A stretch of 64,000 nt of DNA from Octopus vulgaris (lineage: Eukaryota). Under the pieces are notes generated by a model. The model was not told the origin of the DNA and searched no databases. It saw only the letters and a list, made by a program, of their open reading frames with translations. This document shows, one piece after another, positions 1 through 12,554 of the stretch. A program made the translations under genes and the position numbers. How positions within the stretch are numbered: the first letter of the stretch is position 1; every line of letters starts with the position of its first letter. The stretch covers positions 51,770,001 to 51,834,000 of the forward strand of contig OX597819.1 in NCBI GenBank assembly GCA_951406725.2, read 5' to 3'.

Positions 1-27
1 GTCACACAATCCTTGTATCCCCAGATA

Positions 28-927
28 CTATTCTACTTTGTCTGTGCTTGCCTTTTCTGGACTTTTAGTTTTTTTATTTGTGATTTTATATATAATTGTC
101 TTTTTTTTCTCCTCATTTAGTATGTGTTGAGGTATGTGTAAGAGTATTTTTCCGTTTTCATTTGTAATAAGGTTTCTGCAATCTCTTATCTGTTGTGTAG
201 TAAACGAAACTTTTGTTACCTTTTCTTTTATCGCCTCGGCGAAGTTTGTTGTTGTTTTGTTATTGTTGTTACTGCCGGTGGTGTTGGTGTTGATGGCAGG
301 GGTGTGGGTTGTAGGTTTGTGGTTGCTGATTATGCAACTAGCAAGGGGTGGAAAATTGTCTGCGTCATTTAGTCCTGCATTAGCGCAAATTTCGGCATTT
401 CGTTTGCTTGTCGTTATTTTTTCACTTGTTGGTGATGGAGTGAACAGTGGTTGAAGGGAATTGTTGTTGTCATCGTTGTTGTTGTTGTTGTTATTGTCGT
501 TCTTGGTGACGGCGGTGGTGTTAGTGGTATTAGTAGCATTGACGGCACGGTCTTTGGTGGCGGTGATGGTGATGTTGGTATTGTTATTGGTGGAGATGTT
601 GTTGTTGTTGCTATTGTCGTTCTTGGTGACGGCGGTGGTGTTAGTGGTATTAGTAGCATTGACGGCACGGTCTTTGGTGGCGGTGATGGTGATGTTGGTA
701 TTGTTATTGGTGGCGATGTCTTTAGCCGGGATAGCAGTTTTAGTAGCAGATTCTGTCATGGTGTTGTTGTCGGTGATGGTGTTGACGGTGCTTGGCCTTG
801 CGACCTTTGTTTTGTATTTGTTGCTGTTGTCGATGTTGATGGTGGTGGAGGCTAACAGAGCATCCTGTTTTTCTTTCCCTGCGTCACGCTTGACTTGCAC
901 CTCAGCCTCGTGGTGACCAGTGGCCAT
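28..927 (-). pseudogene. Putative ORF1 (gag-like) N-terminal region of a Tx1/L1-clade non-LTR retrotransposon, likely interrupted by a nonsense codon
   Basis: ATG at 927 (MATGHHEAEV...), N/T-rich low-complexity linker, then NFAEAIKEK...EEKKKTIIYKI, resembling the S/NFA-x-V/I motif of L1/Tx1 ORF1 N-termini. TAG at 28-30 is followed by an open frame to the window edge. Lies just downstream of the (TATC)n tract that ends the neighbouring Tx1 copy. Family call is inference. Confidence 0.5.
481..720. repeat. 120-bp tandem duplication (2 copies, in frame, 40 aa) inside the ORF
   Basis: 481-600 and 601-720 are near-identical; the peptide TNNNTNITITATKDRAVNATNTTNTTAVTKNDN occurs twice. Confidence 0.95.
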
Positions 928-1149
928 TTTGAAATTAAAATGGCTAAATGAATCCACGAAGGCTATGAGAATTTTGTTTTTTAAATTTTGCCCCCAAGGG
1001 GCAAAATTTTGTGTAGATATTTATCAAAGGTTTGCAGTGGATGTTGTTGCACAACTTTTAGACACAAAATATTTGTCAATATACACTTTTGAACGTATAA
1101 AAATACCAACTTACGTGGAGCCCATTTGACTTGCGTCTGTCTGTCCGTG

Positions 1150-1178
1150 AGATAGGATAGATATATTGATAGATAGGC

Positions 1179-1262
<84 letters not shown>
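1150..1262. repeat. (GATA)n microsatellite between two Tx1-like segments
   Basis: Direct reading of the tandem gata units. Confidence 0.95.
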
Positions 1263-1263
<1 letters not shown>

Positions 1264-2420
1264 TGTTTCTTTATTAGCCACACAGGGTTGAACACAGACA
1301 GGACAAATTACAAAGTAGAGCTTTTCTTTTGGGGGACAAAAAAAAAAGAAGAAAAAAAGTGGGGTAGATTTTCGATCAAAAGGGATCGAAAAAAGGAAAG
1401 AAGAAAAACGATCAATAGGGATCGTGTATCACAGAAATGTCATGATGTAAAGTACAAAGGGGAAAGTGGATAAGGTTTATCCGTGGAAAGAAAAGCCTAC
1501 GGAAAAGACCACGGTAACCTCGGTCAATAATGTCACACGTTAACTCATTTGTTTGCAAGTAAGTAGCTGTTTTAAATTTTTCCGGGTTCATAGGATTATA
1601 CTCAAGGTGGCTTCGTCATTCATACGTGCCATCCTTGCTACATTCACCCATTTTCTTTTAAAACATTCGCTAGACAAAACTTGCCTCTCTACTCTTACTT
1701 TCCTTTTCAAGTGATACTTGAAGAAGTTGATGAGAGATTGACCAGAGCGGAAAGTGTTTGTCTCCAATCCTTTCAGACGCGCCCACCAGATACATTCTTT
1801 CGCCATAGCCACAAGAATGATGAAAATAGCACTTCCTTCCCGTTTGAAGGAAGGAGGCGTGACGATATTGACGATAGACTCAGCTGATAAACCGACTCGT
1901 CCCACACGTGTCAGCAGTCGTTCGACATAAGCCCACAGGTCGGAAATTGTTGGACACTGCACGAGTGCGTGCAGAACGGTTTCGTCGCTCTTACCGCATC
2001 TCGGGTAGGTCGACCCCGTGTTTCTCGAGCCGTGTCTGTAGAACTTATCCCGAACAGGTAGCGCTTCTCGGTAGCACTGCCAGACCAGGGATCTCTGGAA
2101 GTTGTCCATGGGTCCTGGCCCGAAATACCTGAACAAGCGGGCCAGGTACTCCTCATCGACGTCCATGTTCGCCGCGAGCTCGTCGTCGTACCTCCCCTCC
2201 ACTATTCCCCTATAGAATGCTTTGGTTGTGTTGAAGTCACTCAAGGTCGACCCGGGATGGCATAGTTGCTTGAGAGCAACTCGACACTCGCGGTACCATC
2301 GCCCTTCCTCGGCCTCTTTTTGATCCACGACTGCAGTTCGGTCATGGAGAGCGTGCCCCATAAACGGCGACCATACCTGTTCACCGACGTCTACGTAGAG
2401 CCGGAGATGTCGCAGTCTCA
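1263..2420 (-). mobile_element. 5'-truncated Tx1/L1-clade LINE (ORF2 C-terminus plus 3' UTR), flanked by (GATA)n on both sides
   Basis: ORF2 fragment with a zf-RVT-like motif; minus-strand 3' end ...CCCTGTGTGGCTAATAAAGAAAC runs into (TATC)n; the 5' junction at 2420 abuts (GATA)n; second copy at 37753-38464. Confidence 0.85.
1588..2361 (-). pseudogene. ORF2 C-terminal fragment with zinc-binding RT-associated (zf-RVT-like) domain
   Basis: LVWQCYREALPVRDK...YPRCGKSDETVLHALVQCPTISDLW matches the W..L.V...C..C....ET..H....C.....W pattern of L1/Tx1 ORF2 (first Cys changed to Tyr); downstream MAKECIWWAR. Confidence 0.85.
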
Positions 2421-2429
2421 GATAGATAA

Positions 2430-2517
<88 letters not shown>

Positions 2518-2520
2518 GAG
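2421..2520. repeat. (GATA)n(GA)n compound microsatellite
   Basis: Direct reading. Confidence 0.95.
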
Positions 2521-3495
2521 ATAGAGCCGAAAGTTAATAGTATTTTCCCCAGTGTTATTTCAGTATTACCTCATGTCATTTGCGCAATTACACCTCCATC
2601 TTTTTTTCCTCGTTATATACACCTTTTCATATAATCCATAGTAATATACCCCAATATTGGACATCAATACTTGTTGCCTGTTTAATTCTGCTTCTACTAA
2701 CTTCTTACAGTAAACCTGACGATTGCCCATGCTATCTCTAACAACACACACAGTTCCAGCCTACAATACACCAGATTTAATCAAATCTACACCTAATGAT
2801 TCACCTGCAAATAACACCTATTTATATAACGACAGCATAAGCTTATTGTTAGCTTACACCTAGAATCCTAAGAGGCCTACAGTCACATGCCACATTTCAA
2901 ATCTCGCTTCCGTCAAAGGATTGCCTCATTAAATGCTCACTCATCCATAGAGAACACACAATTTTAATCCAAATCACACTTGGCATTCTTATAGAACTTT
3001 ACCTTTCACTTCATAAACACTTACTTACCATTAAAATCTACTTATTAAATCCTAGAACCATATAATTGCTTCGAAAATTAAATCAATTTGTCGATGATAC
3101 ACCATCTTATTACAACTTGATAATCTTCCTAGCAGTTGTATTACTTCTCTGCATCCAAAGCATCAATTTTGATCGACATTATATTTTCCGTTTTGCTTTG
3201 CCTACCTACCTTTCTTAACTCCCCTTGTATACGCAAATCAATAGTAGTGTTCTTTTCACCAAAAGCAATCTTTTACTTCTACACAATTTTGTCCTCATAG
3301 AGAACCCTCAAATTTATCTATTTCTACAATTGTTAAGAATTTTAATCTTCCGTCATATCAAATATATTACTGAATTTGATTTGATTCTGTCTTATTTTTC
3401 ATACAGCTTTTCATTATTTTAACTATAACAGTCATCCGTCTATCATACTTTATGAAAATACATCACAAAAATGCACATTTTTTCTTTATACTATA

Positions 3496-3696
3496 CAAGG
3501 GGTGCTGAAAAGGGTCCCGCAAAAGTTCTGGTTGGAGGCCCAACCTTCCAAGTTCTTTTACAGGGCTTGGAAAAACTGAAAGACCGCTACAATAAGAGTG
3601 TGAATCTGAGAGGGGATATATTGGCCAGAATCATAATTAACTGATCATCCTGTATTTTCTATTACCCAAAGCCAGGAACTTTTCAGCATCCCCTCG
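3496..3696 (+). mobile_element. Internally deleted mariner-type element (MITE-sized)
   Basis: TA flanks at 3494-95 and 3697-98; imperfect TIRs CAAGGGGTGCTGAAAAG / CTTTTCAGCATCCCCTCG; interior encodes LQGLEKLKDRYNKSVNLRGD, like the mariner transposase C-terminus (GI.KL..RW.KC....GDY). Confidence 0.8.
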
Positions 3697-3698
3697 TA

Positions 3699-3850
3699 AG
3701 CACAAGGCCTGAAATTTGGGGTAACACAGTAGCTGTCTAGTTCTTTATTTCATTGACCCCGTATGTATTAAAGGCAAAGTTGACCTCGGTGTTATTTGAA
3801 TTCGGAATATAAAGAGTTATTAAGCGTTTAGTCGGAAACGCAAATTAAGT
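3699..3850 (-). mobile_element. Decayed SINE family B fragment
   Basis: gcacaaggcctgaaatttgggg and aaaggcaaagttgacctcgg...atttgaa match the reverse complement of the family B core and tail. Confidence 0.65.
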
Positions 3851-5111
3851 GCGGTATACGATATCTCTTCTGAAGATACTGTTTAAAAATCTAAGTATAT
3901 CATTAGCAGACAAAAATTGTCCAACAGCGACAATGAGAATGTTAGATAACACATTTCTGCCTCGTTGGATGTTGTTGATAGCATGTACTCACTGCTAGCT
4001 GCGTGCAAAAACAAAATCCGTTTCTACTCATTTGAGAAATCTGTGATTGAAAAACTCACTGGTGATGCAATAAAAATCTGCTTAATGCAACAGAAACAAA
4101 ATTACATTAAATTAGACATCTGTCTATCATATTTAATGCAACTATATCACGAAAAATATAAATGAACTGTTTTCGCATTTGTTCTTTCCTTATCGTAGTC
4201 TTTTTTTGTTGTTTAATGAGACAAGATGTAAAATATGTTCATTTTTTTAAAAATGATATCTGAAAGTCCATTATAACAGTTTACTATATTCGTTTACCTT
4301 GCCGAATTATCATCATCTAATTTAAAATAACACAATTACTGAATTAAATATATTTAATCCATAGTCACACAAAAAAAATATATTTTGTCAGTTAAATTAT
4401 ATTTTATTCACTCTTAAAATTACCTTTGAGTTTTTTTTAATTCTAACTGGCCAGAATACAACCGTTGAATATAAGTAACTTCAGACAGACAGAAAAATTA
4501 AGTACTTGTCAGCTTTGGGGCAACTATGAGCAAACTACTTAGGGAGTTTGGGACATTGAAGTTCTGTTGCATGTTGGAATACTAGAGACATACTTAAAAG
4601 GATGGTTCGAGACACCTACCTAATTGTTTCTGATGAGTTAAGAGTGAACCACGTCTGCTGTCAAGGATAAGGGGCGAAGTTCCAACCAATCAGCAGATAC
4701 CAGTGAATAATTTGTCATTATTTTCTACATATATTAGTAGAGGCGAAGTTTGGTTCGCGTGCGGTAACAGTAGACATCTGCTGCCAATAACACGCAATTA
4801 CGCAGAAATAACGTGATCTAGGAGTTTTCCCACTGGTGCTGCACCTTTTTCATTTATTACCGATACTTCTGTACATTTTTAGCACGTATATACGAAATAC
4901 TTTCTAAGAACGAATACCGCTGTATTATGGTGTTCTTATACTCCAGCTACGTTTAGTAAGATATACAGTTTGCTAATAGGTACTAATAATGCTTTCGTCG
5001 CTAATAACATACGTGTGCGTAGAGAGAGAGAGAGAGATTGGTATGTATGTGCATGTGTGTGTGTGTGCATACACATACATACATACACATACAATATGTT
5101 TCTCTTTATCT

Positions 5112-5320
5112 AAGGTGGCGAGCTACCAGAATCGTTAGCATGCAAAATGCTTAGCGGCATTTTCTCCTCCTTTAAGTTCTGAGTTCAAATTCCAGCAAGG
5201 CCGACTTTGCCTTTCATCCTTTCGGGCTCAATGAATAAGCACCAGTTGAGTGGTGCGGATAATGTAATCGACTTATCCCCTCCTCCGAAATTGCTGGCCT
5301 TGTGCCAAAATTTGAAACCA
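5112..5320 (+). mobile_element. tRNA-related SINE family B (tail type 2)
   Basis: aaggtggcgagct...gagttcaaattcc (B-box-like)...gactttgcctttcatcctttcggg...aatcgactt...ggccttgtgcc, shared with about 10 other copies in the window. Confidence 0.85.
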
Positions 5321-5373
5321 AGATTTTGCTCTTTACCTGTATCTGTCTCTTTCACTCACATATATATATGTAT

Positions 5374-5441
<68 letters not shown>

Positions 5442-5444
5442 TTA

Positions 5445-5928
5445 CTAGCAGTATTGCCCGGCTTTGCAAAATGGTCACATTTAATTCAAAGCGTTAAAAA
5501 TGTTATGAAAACAATTGGTATGTGTTCACAAAGTCCAAATTAATACGAAAAAACCCTCTAGGCTACATCCCGAAAATTCATTTCTTTGCCGAATTTCTAC
5601 AATGTTTACGGCGATTCGTTTTTATATCTTGATTTTTTTTGTTATTTTTCATACAATATACGCATGCTTGCACGCGTGGTGAACACATTTTACGTCAAAC
5701 AGCTGACTGAGTAAAGTTCACTATTCAATGCATGGGATAAGGCCTAAACAAACACATTATCGAGTTTTGCACTTGCGAGATGAATTTCGGAACAGAAATA
5801 GCGCAGTTCAATTTTCATTCGCCTATACTTTAAGTGACCCATTTTTGATGGTTCTACGATTTGTTGGCTAGGAGGAGTTGTGCTGGGAGGTTAAACACAC
5901 AGATACACACACAGACACACAAGTTGAG

Positions 5929-5935
<7 letters not shown>
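5445..5935 (-). mobile_element. Non-autonomous Helitron-like element in (TA)n
   Basis: Minus-strand 3' end ...GCAAAGCCGGGCAATACTGCTAG followed by T (partial hairpin plus CTAG); 5' region TATATATAAAGCTCAACTTGTGTGTCTG of the type seen at Helitron starts. Confidence 0.65.
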
Positions 5936-7175
<1,240 letters not shown>

Positions 7176-7180
7176 ATAAG

Positions 7181-7490
7181 TGCAGGTGTGGCTGTGTGGT
7201 AACAAACTTGGTTCCAAAACACATGGTCCTCAGTTCAGTCCCACTGTGTGGTAACTTGGCATATGTCTTCTGCTATAGCCTGAGACCAACCAAAGCCTTG
7301 TCAGTGGATTTTGTAGACTGAAACTGAAAGAAATCAATTATATGTATATATATGTATATATGTAAGTCTATGTGTGTATCTTCGTGTTTCTCCCTCATCA
7401 CTGCTTCACAACTGGTGTTCGTTTATTTACATCCCCATAACTTAATGGTTTCACAAGAAGAAACTGATAGAATAAGTACCACGCTTATCA
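7181..7490 (+). mobile_element. Diverged SINE family A
   Basis: tggctgtgtgg (A box)...gttcagtccc (B box)...gtcttctgctatagc...gatagaataagtac, homologous to 40821-41170. Confidence 0.8.
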
Positions 7491-7721
7491 AAATATAAAA
7501 AAGCACTACGAAGTGTCTCATATTTTTGTTTGCCCACTCAGTTGTATCTATAGATTTATCTTTGTGTGTGTGTGTGTGTGTATGTGTGTGTGTGTGTGTG
7601 TGCGTATATGTGTTTGTGTGTGTTTGTGTATGTGTGTGTATACATATATCTATATATATATATACATATATCTATACACACACATATATATATAACATAG
7701 TTCTTGAACCGGTACTTCATG

Positions 7722-8213
7722 TAACGACTAGGGCAGGGTAACTGACTGCTTATTGTGATCATTCGTCTTTTGGTTTCCTGTAGCTTTGCTCTCTTTTACA
7801 AATCCAGTGAACATATATTTCCTATTTCAAAGAAATTCAAACAATAGATATAAGACCCAAGTTAAAAAGATTTTCAACAATTCAACTTCTCTGCTTGACA
7901 TTAAGACACTCACCCCCAACAGGGGCCTTAACTCTCACAATTTAGAGCTCCATGACCTTCATTTTCAGGAGCAAAATCTTTTTAACAGGTTCAATAACAC
8001 TGGAATATTGGAATATGCGCATAAAAATCACTAGAATGAGATACATGTGGCACGATTACAAATTTTTTTGGGTGTGTAAAGAGGGAAATAACCCTCATCT
8101 GCAATTTTGATGAAATTCGAAACATAGATGTTCCAGTTCATTACAGAAAATATAACAGAAAAGTCTAATTCTTCAAGTGAATGTAACCGGGCAACGCCGG
8201 GTATCTCTGCTAG
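7722..8213 (+). mobile_element. Helitron 3' terminal segment
   Basis: Ends CCGGGCAACGCCGGGTATCTCTGCTAG followed by T (GC hairpin plus CTAG); inverted homologous copy at 28231-28707. Confidence 0.85.
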
Positions 8214-8263
8214 TATATATATATATGTATATATATGATATATATATATATATACATATATAC

Positions 8264-8340
<77 letters not shown>

Positions 8341-8559
8341 TATATATGTATGCATACATAAATACAAATGCACGCGTGTGTGTACGTGTATGTATGTGTG
8401 TTGGGCGGGTTAAATATATTAAATTTTGCGAAAGAGGTCAGAGTGTGAGCCCTTTATTAAAAGGGGTAAGTGTGCGCGGACGCTATTTGTTTTAATGATA
8501 ATAGGAAAGGGCTATGGTATGTGTCATTCGTATCGTTAAGTGATATCTCTTTTGCTGTT

Positions 8560-9460
8560 GTTGGTGGGCTTTGGGTGGTGTGATGTGGTTGTTGTTGCTA
8601 ATGGTGATGGGGTGAAGGTGGTGGTTGTGGTGGTGAAAGTGGTGCTGATGGTGATGATGCGGGGGGGGATGGAGTTGTTTTGTCATTGTGGTGATAGTTC
8701 GGTGTTTGCATTGTGGTGCTTGTAATTGTAGTTGCGGTGGTAGTTCTGGTGGTGCATGTAGTGGTAGTTGCAGTGGTGGTGATGTTGGTGGTGGTGGTGG
8801 TGGTAGTGATGGTGATTGCGATGGCTGTGTTGGTGATGGTGATGGTGTTAGTGATGGTAGTGGTGATCGTTGTCGTGGTGGTGGTGGTGGTGGTGGTGAT
8901 GTTGGTGGTGGTGGTAGTGATGGTGGTTGAGATGGCCGTGTTGGTGATGGTGATGGTGTTAGTGATAGTAGTGGTGGTAGTCGTCGTGATGGCGGTGGTA
9001 GTGGTGGTGGTCGTGGTGGTGGTGGTGGTCGTCGTCGTCGTGATACTCATGGTGGTACTGATGGGGATGACAATGGTAGGACAAGCAGCTGTGCTGCGGT
9101 GATGATGATGGACTATTGTTGTTCCTGTGAGGTTGGATGGATATTTTTGGCGGGGCGGGGCTGATGGTAGTAGTAGTAGTGGCAATAGAATAGATGTTAT
9201 GGTTGTAGTAGAAATATTTTTAATGCATTTTTCTTCATGCTTTTTTTTCCTCCTGTGCGATTTGTGATCGGGATAGGGTGATGGAATGGTGGAGGTGGAG
9301 ATGTTTGTAGCGGTGGTGATGTTGGTGTGGTAATTGTGATGCTGATGGTGGTGGCGGTGGTGTTGGTGTTGTTGTTGGTGTTGGTGGGTGGTAGTAGTGG
9401 GTTATGGTATTTGTGACGGTAGTGTTGATGGTGGTGGTGATGGTGATGATGGTGACGTTG
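8560..9460. repeat. (GGT/GAT/GTA)n low-complexity tract with an internal ~110-bp higher-order duplication
   Basis: gatggc(t/c)gtgttggtgatggtgatggtgttagtgat occurs at ~8820 and ~8931. Confidence 0.85.
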
Positions 9461-9476
9461 TCAATAGAATCATTTC

Positions 9477-9528
<52 letters not shown>

Positions 9529-10014
9529 GTGTGTGTGTGTGTGTGTGCTATGTTAAGGAGATAAGTACTGTAAAAGGATACTGGAGGAGAGAGTGATTTT
9601 TCTGAAGTGTTCCTTGTGAGAATCACGACGATTTAGTTTAAACTAAACACTACATTGAAGCACATGCATCCTAATCCTCCAAAGAAGTTTTTCTAAGGGC
9701 TATTATTGAACTCTAAAAGCATAAAGACTCTACAATGCATTGGTATACTTATTTATTAATTTTTGTATATATGTATTATTATTTTTTTGAAAAAAACATT
9801 GTAAATTTCTTTTTTCCCCTTCCTCAGTTTAAAAAAAAAAAATTTCTCCTCCCAAATCTTGAAAATTTGCCTTGCATGAAACCGGTCTGATTTATTTTTT
9901 CTTTTTTAATTTTCCATACACCCATTTTTATTAAAATTTACTTTCAATTTAGCATTCTGCCCTATTATAATTTTTCCTCTCCTATATATATATGTGTGTG
10001 TGTGTGTGTATGTG

Positions 10015-10118
<104 letters not shown>

Positions 10119-10281
10119 TGTATGTATGTATGTATGTATGTATATTATGTTAAGTGCATTACTACACGTAAATGCTTCACGCTATGAGGGACTCTTAAAG
10201 CCAAAACTACCATAATAAATATACACTGTACCGACAACGAGGGGAAGCAACTTGGAAGCCAATCCTTAAAAACAGATTCAG

Positions 10282-10341
10282 CCACAAATCATATGATTTC
10301 ATAGTTAGTGTACATTATCCACTTTCTAATCGTCAGTGCAG
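10282..10341 (-). ncRNA. Minimal type I hammerhead ribozyme-like motif in a microsatellite-flanked module (10141-10460)
   Basis: Minus strand: ctgca CTGACGA ttagaaagtggataatgtacactaactat GAAA tcatatga TT tgtgg; palindromic stem/loop III (TCATATGA), AUU site, stem I with G-U pairs. Confidence 0.6.
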
Positions 10342-10638
10342 GCATAATCAATATATTTAAGTATATTTAAAGGGAATAATTATAAATTTTTCCCTTATAA
10401 GGTTTTTTTCGTTGACTTCTGGATAAATTCTAATAAAAATTTTATCTTATATTTAAATTTATATATGTATATATGTGTGTGTGAGTGAGTGTGTATATAG
10501 ATATATGTATATATATATACATGTATATATATGTATATATATACATATATATGTGTGCGTGTGTGTGTGTATGTGTGTGTGTTTATATGAATTTGTGTTG
10601 CAAGACTCCTGATATGAAACTGTGTGTTGAAATAGATA

Positions 10639-11033
10639 TTGTATTTTGGGGTGGTCATTCTGGGGTTTTTTTGTCAAATAAACACATGCACTATATATTC
10701 GTTGTTCACTCGTTTATTCTTCTTCTTATTCTAACTCACGTCCATTGTCCGGAAATCTTACGTCACATATCTGTGACCTCCTCAGTGACACTTTCCCGTC
10801 CTCGCATGTGCTCCTGCTATGTTTAGTCCATTCTGCTCTTCTATAGAATGGACTAAGCGGAGCAGGATCACACACGAGGACAGAAGGTGTTGATGAATAG
10901 GTCACAGATGTGTAAGGAAAGATTTCCGGACAATGGACATGAATTAAAATAAGAAGAGTCATAAACGAGTGAACAACGAATATATAGTGCGTGTGCTTAT
11001 TTGGCAAAAAAAAAAATGACCGTCCCGAAATAC

Positions 11034-11035
<2 letters not shown>
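10639..11035. mobile_element. ~400-bp fold-back made of two inverted, diverged copies of a pLTR-like unit with degenerate hammerhead cores
   Basis: Arms pair end to end around ttagtccattct-gctcttctat-agaatggactaa (10823-10856); the right end abuts (TA)n. Confidence 0.8.
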
Positions 11036-11107
<72 letters not shown>

Positions 11108-11116
11108 GAAATGAGT

Positions 11117-11150
<34 letters not shown>

Positions 11151-11717
11151 CACCAATCATTTCAAATTATATTCAAATTATATTATTATATTTGAGGTAA
11201 CTTGGGATTCCTTAGCGACAATGTGGCCTTGATATAATTACGGTATCTTCGGCCTGAAGGGTAACTAGCTGAGTACCCACCTTGAGTAATTATTACATCA
11301 GATGATCTACTTGCTAGGAAACATATATAACCTGAATTTTACCTGTTCCACTCCTTCAATTTGGATACATACACACACACGCTTCCACACACACACACAC
11401 ACACATAGTTCGTAAGATTCATGATATGAATTCCTATGCTGAAGCAGGTTTTGTTTTTATCGCGAGTGAGTCATTATGCCAACAATAAACACGCGCACTG
11501 GTTCTAGTTCACTTCTATTATTATAAGTGAATTCGTTAACATTTAGCCAATTAACTCATCGATTGTTTGACTAATCCTTTAATCAATCAATCAGCTATGT
11601 TTGTTGAAGTCCTTCCGTCGCCATTCGTGATTTCATCAATGACATGCCCTCTTTACTTCAAGTCTGCTTTGGACTTGCCTGTCTCGTGGAATTAGTGAAA
11701 ATAATGAATGAGAGTAA

Positions 11718-11770
<53 letters not shown>

Positions 11771-11925
11771 ACGTGTGTGTGTGTGTGTGTATGAACACTT
11801 TGGGAATGTCGAATGTGTTGGCATTTAAAAACAAGATAGTAAATTTTGATAGCAATATAGCTGTGAAAAACAGCAGAGAAAGATTGGGTATTTGCCCTCA
11901 TAAGACAGAAAAAGATGATATCTGC

Positions 11926-12230
11926 GAGCAGCTACGGGAATCGAACCCCGTGCCCCTCAGTGCACTACCATTAAGCTAAACGGCTCCTGACATCAATTAC
12001 CGCCAATTTTAACGCTAAATAATAGCTTTTTCGAGTGTAGAACATTTTATGAACAAACTTTGGGAGCGTTGACTTACTCTCTTGTCTGAAAAATGCCAAC
12101 TCATTCGGTTCTTCCAAATTTTGTTTCTACAATGTTCTACATTCGAAAAGCTATTATTTAGCTTTATAAAAGACGGGATCTGTTGTCAGGGGTCGTTTTA
12201 GTCAGTAGTACAAAGCACTCAGATTGAATT
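11926..12230. repeat. Imperfect inverted repeat with an outward-facing tRNA-like sequence
   Basis: Core arms 12014-12046 / 12131-12162 and outer arms 11978-11992 / 12184-12199; minus strand 11926-11988 has A-box TAGCTTAATGG and B-box GGTTCGATTCC. Confidence 0.7.
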
Positions 12231-12342
12231 CTCTGAAGTGATTTGCTGGTTACTTTCTTCCATCTATAAGGGTATTGTACCTAATCCTTTCAACTGCTTA
12301 CACACTATTCTCCTACGTTCGAAATTTCCTTCATTTGTGTGT

Positions 12343-12385
<43 letters not shown>

Positions 12386-12394
12386 TATACATAC

Positions 12395-12425
<31 letters not shown>

Positions 12426-12519
12426 TGTACGTATGTACGTATGTATGTACGTATGTATGTACGTATATTTGTATGTACGTATGTATGTACGTATATTTGT
12501 ATGTACGCATGTATGTACG

Positions 12520-12554
<35 letters not shown>

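Noticed and set aside
2540-3480. Possible decayed retroelement (DIRS-like RT) on the minus strand
   Set aside because: Only vague motif resemblance; needs a translated search.
11926-11988. Possible tRNA gene
   Set aside because: A and B boxes are present, but the anticodon arm is missing and the acceptor stem pairs poorly.
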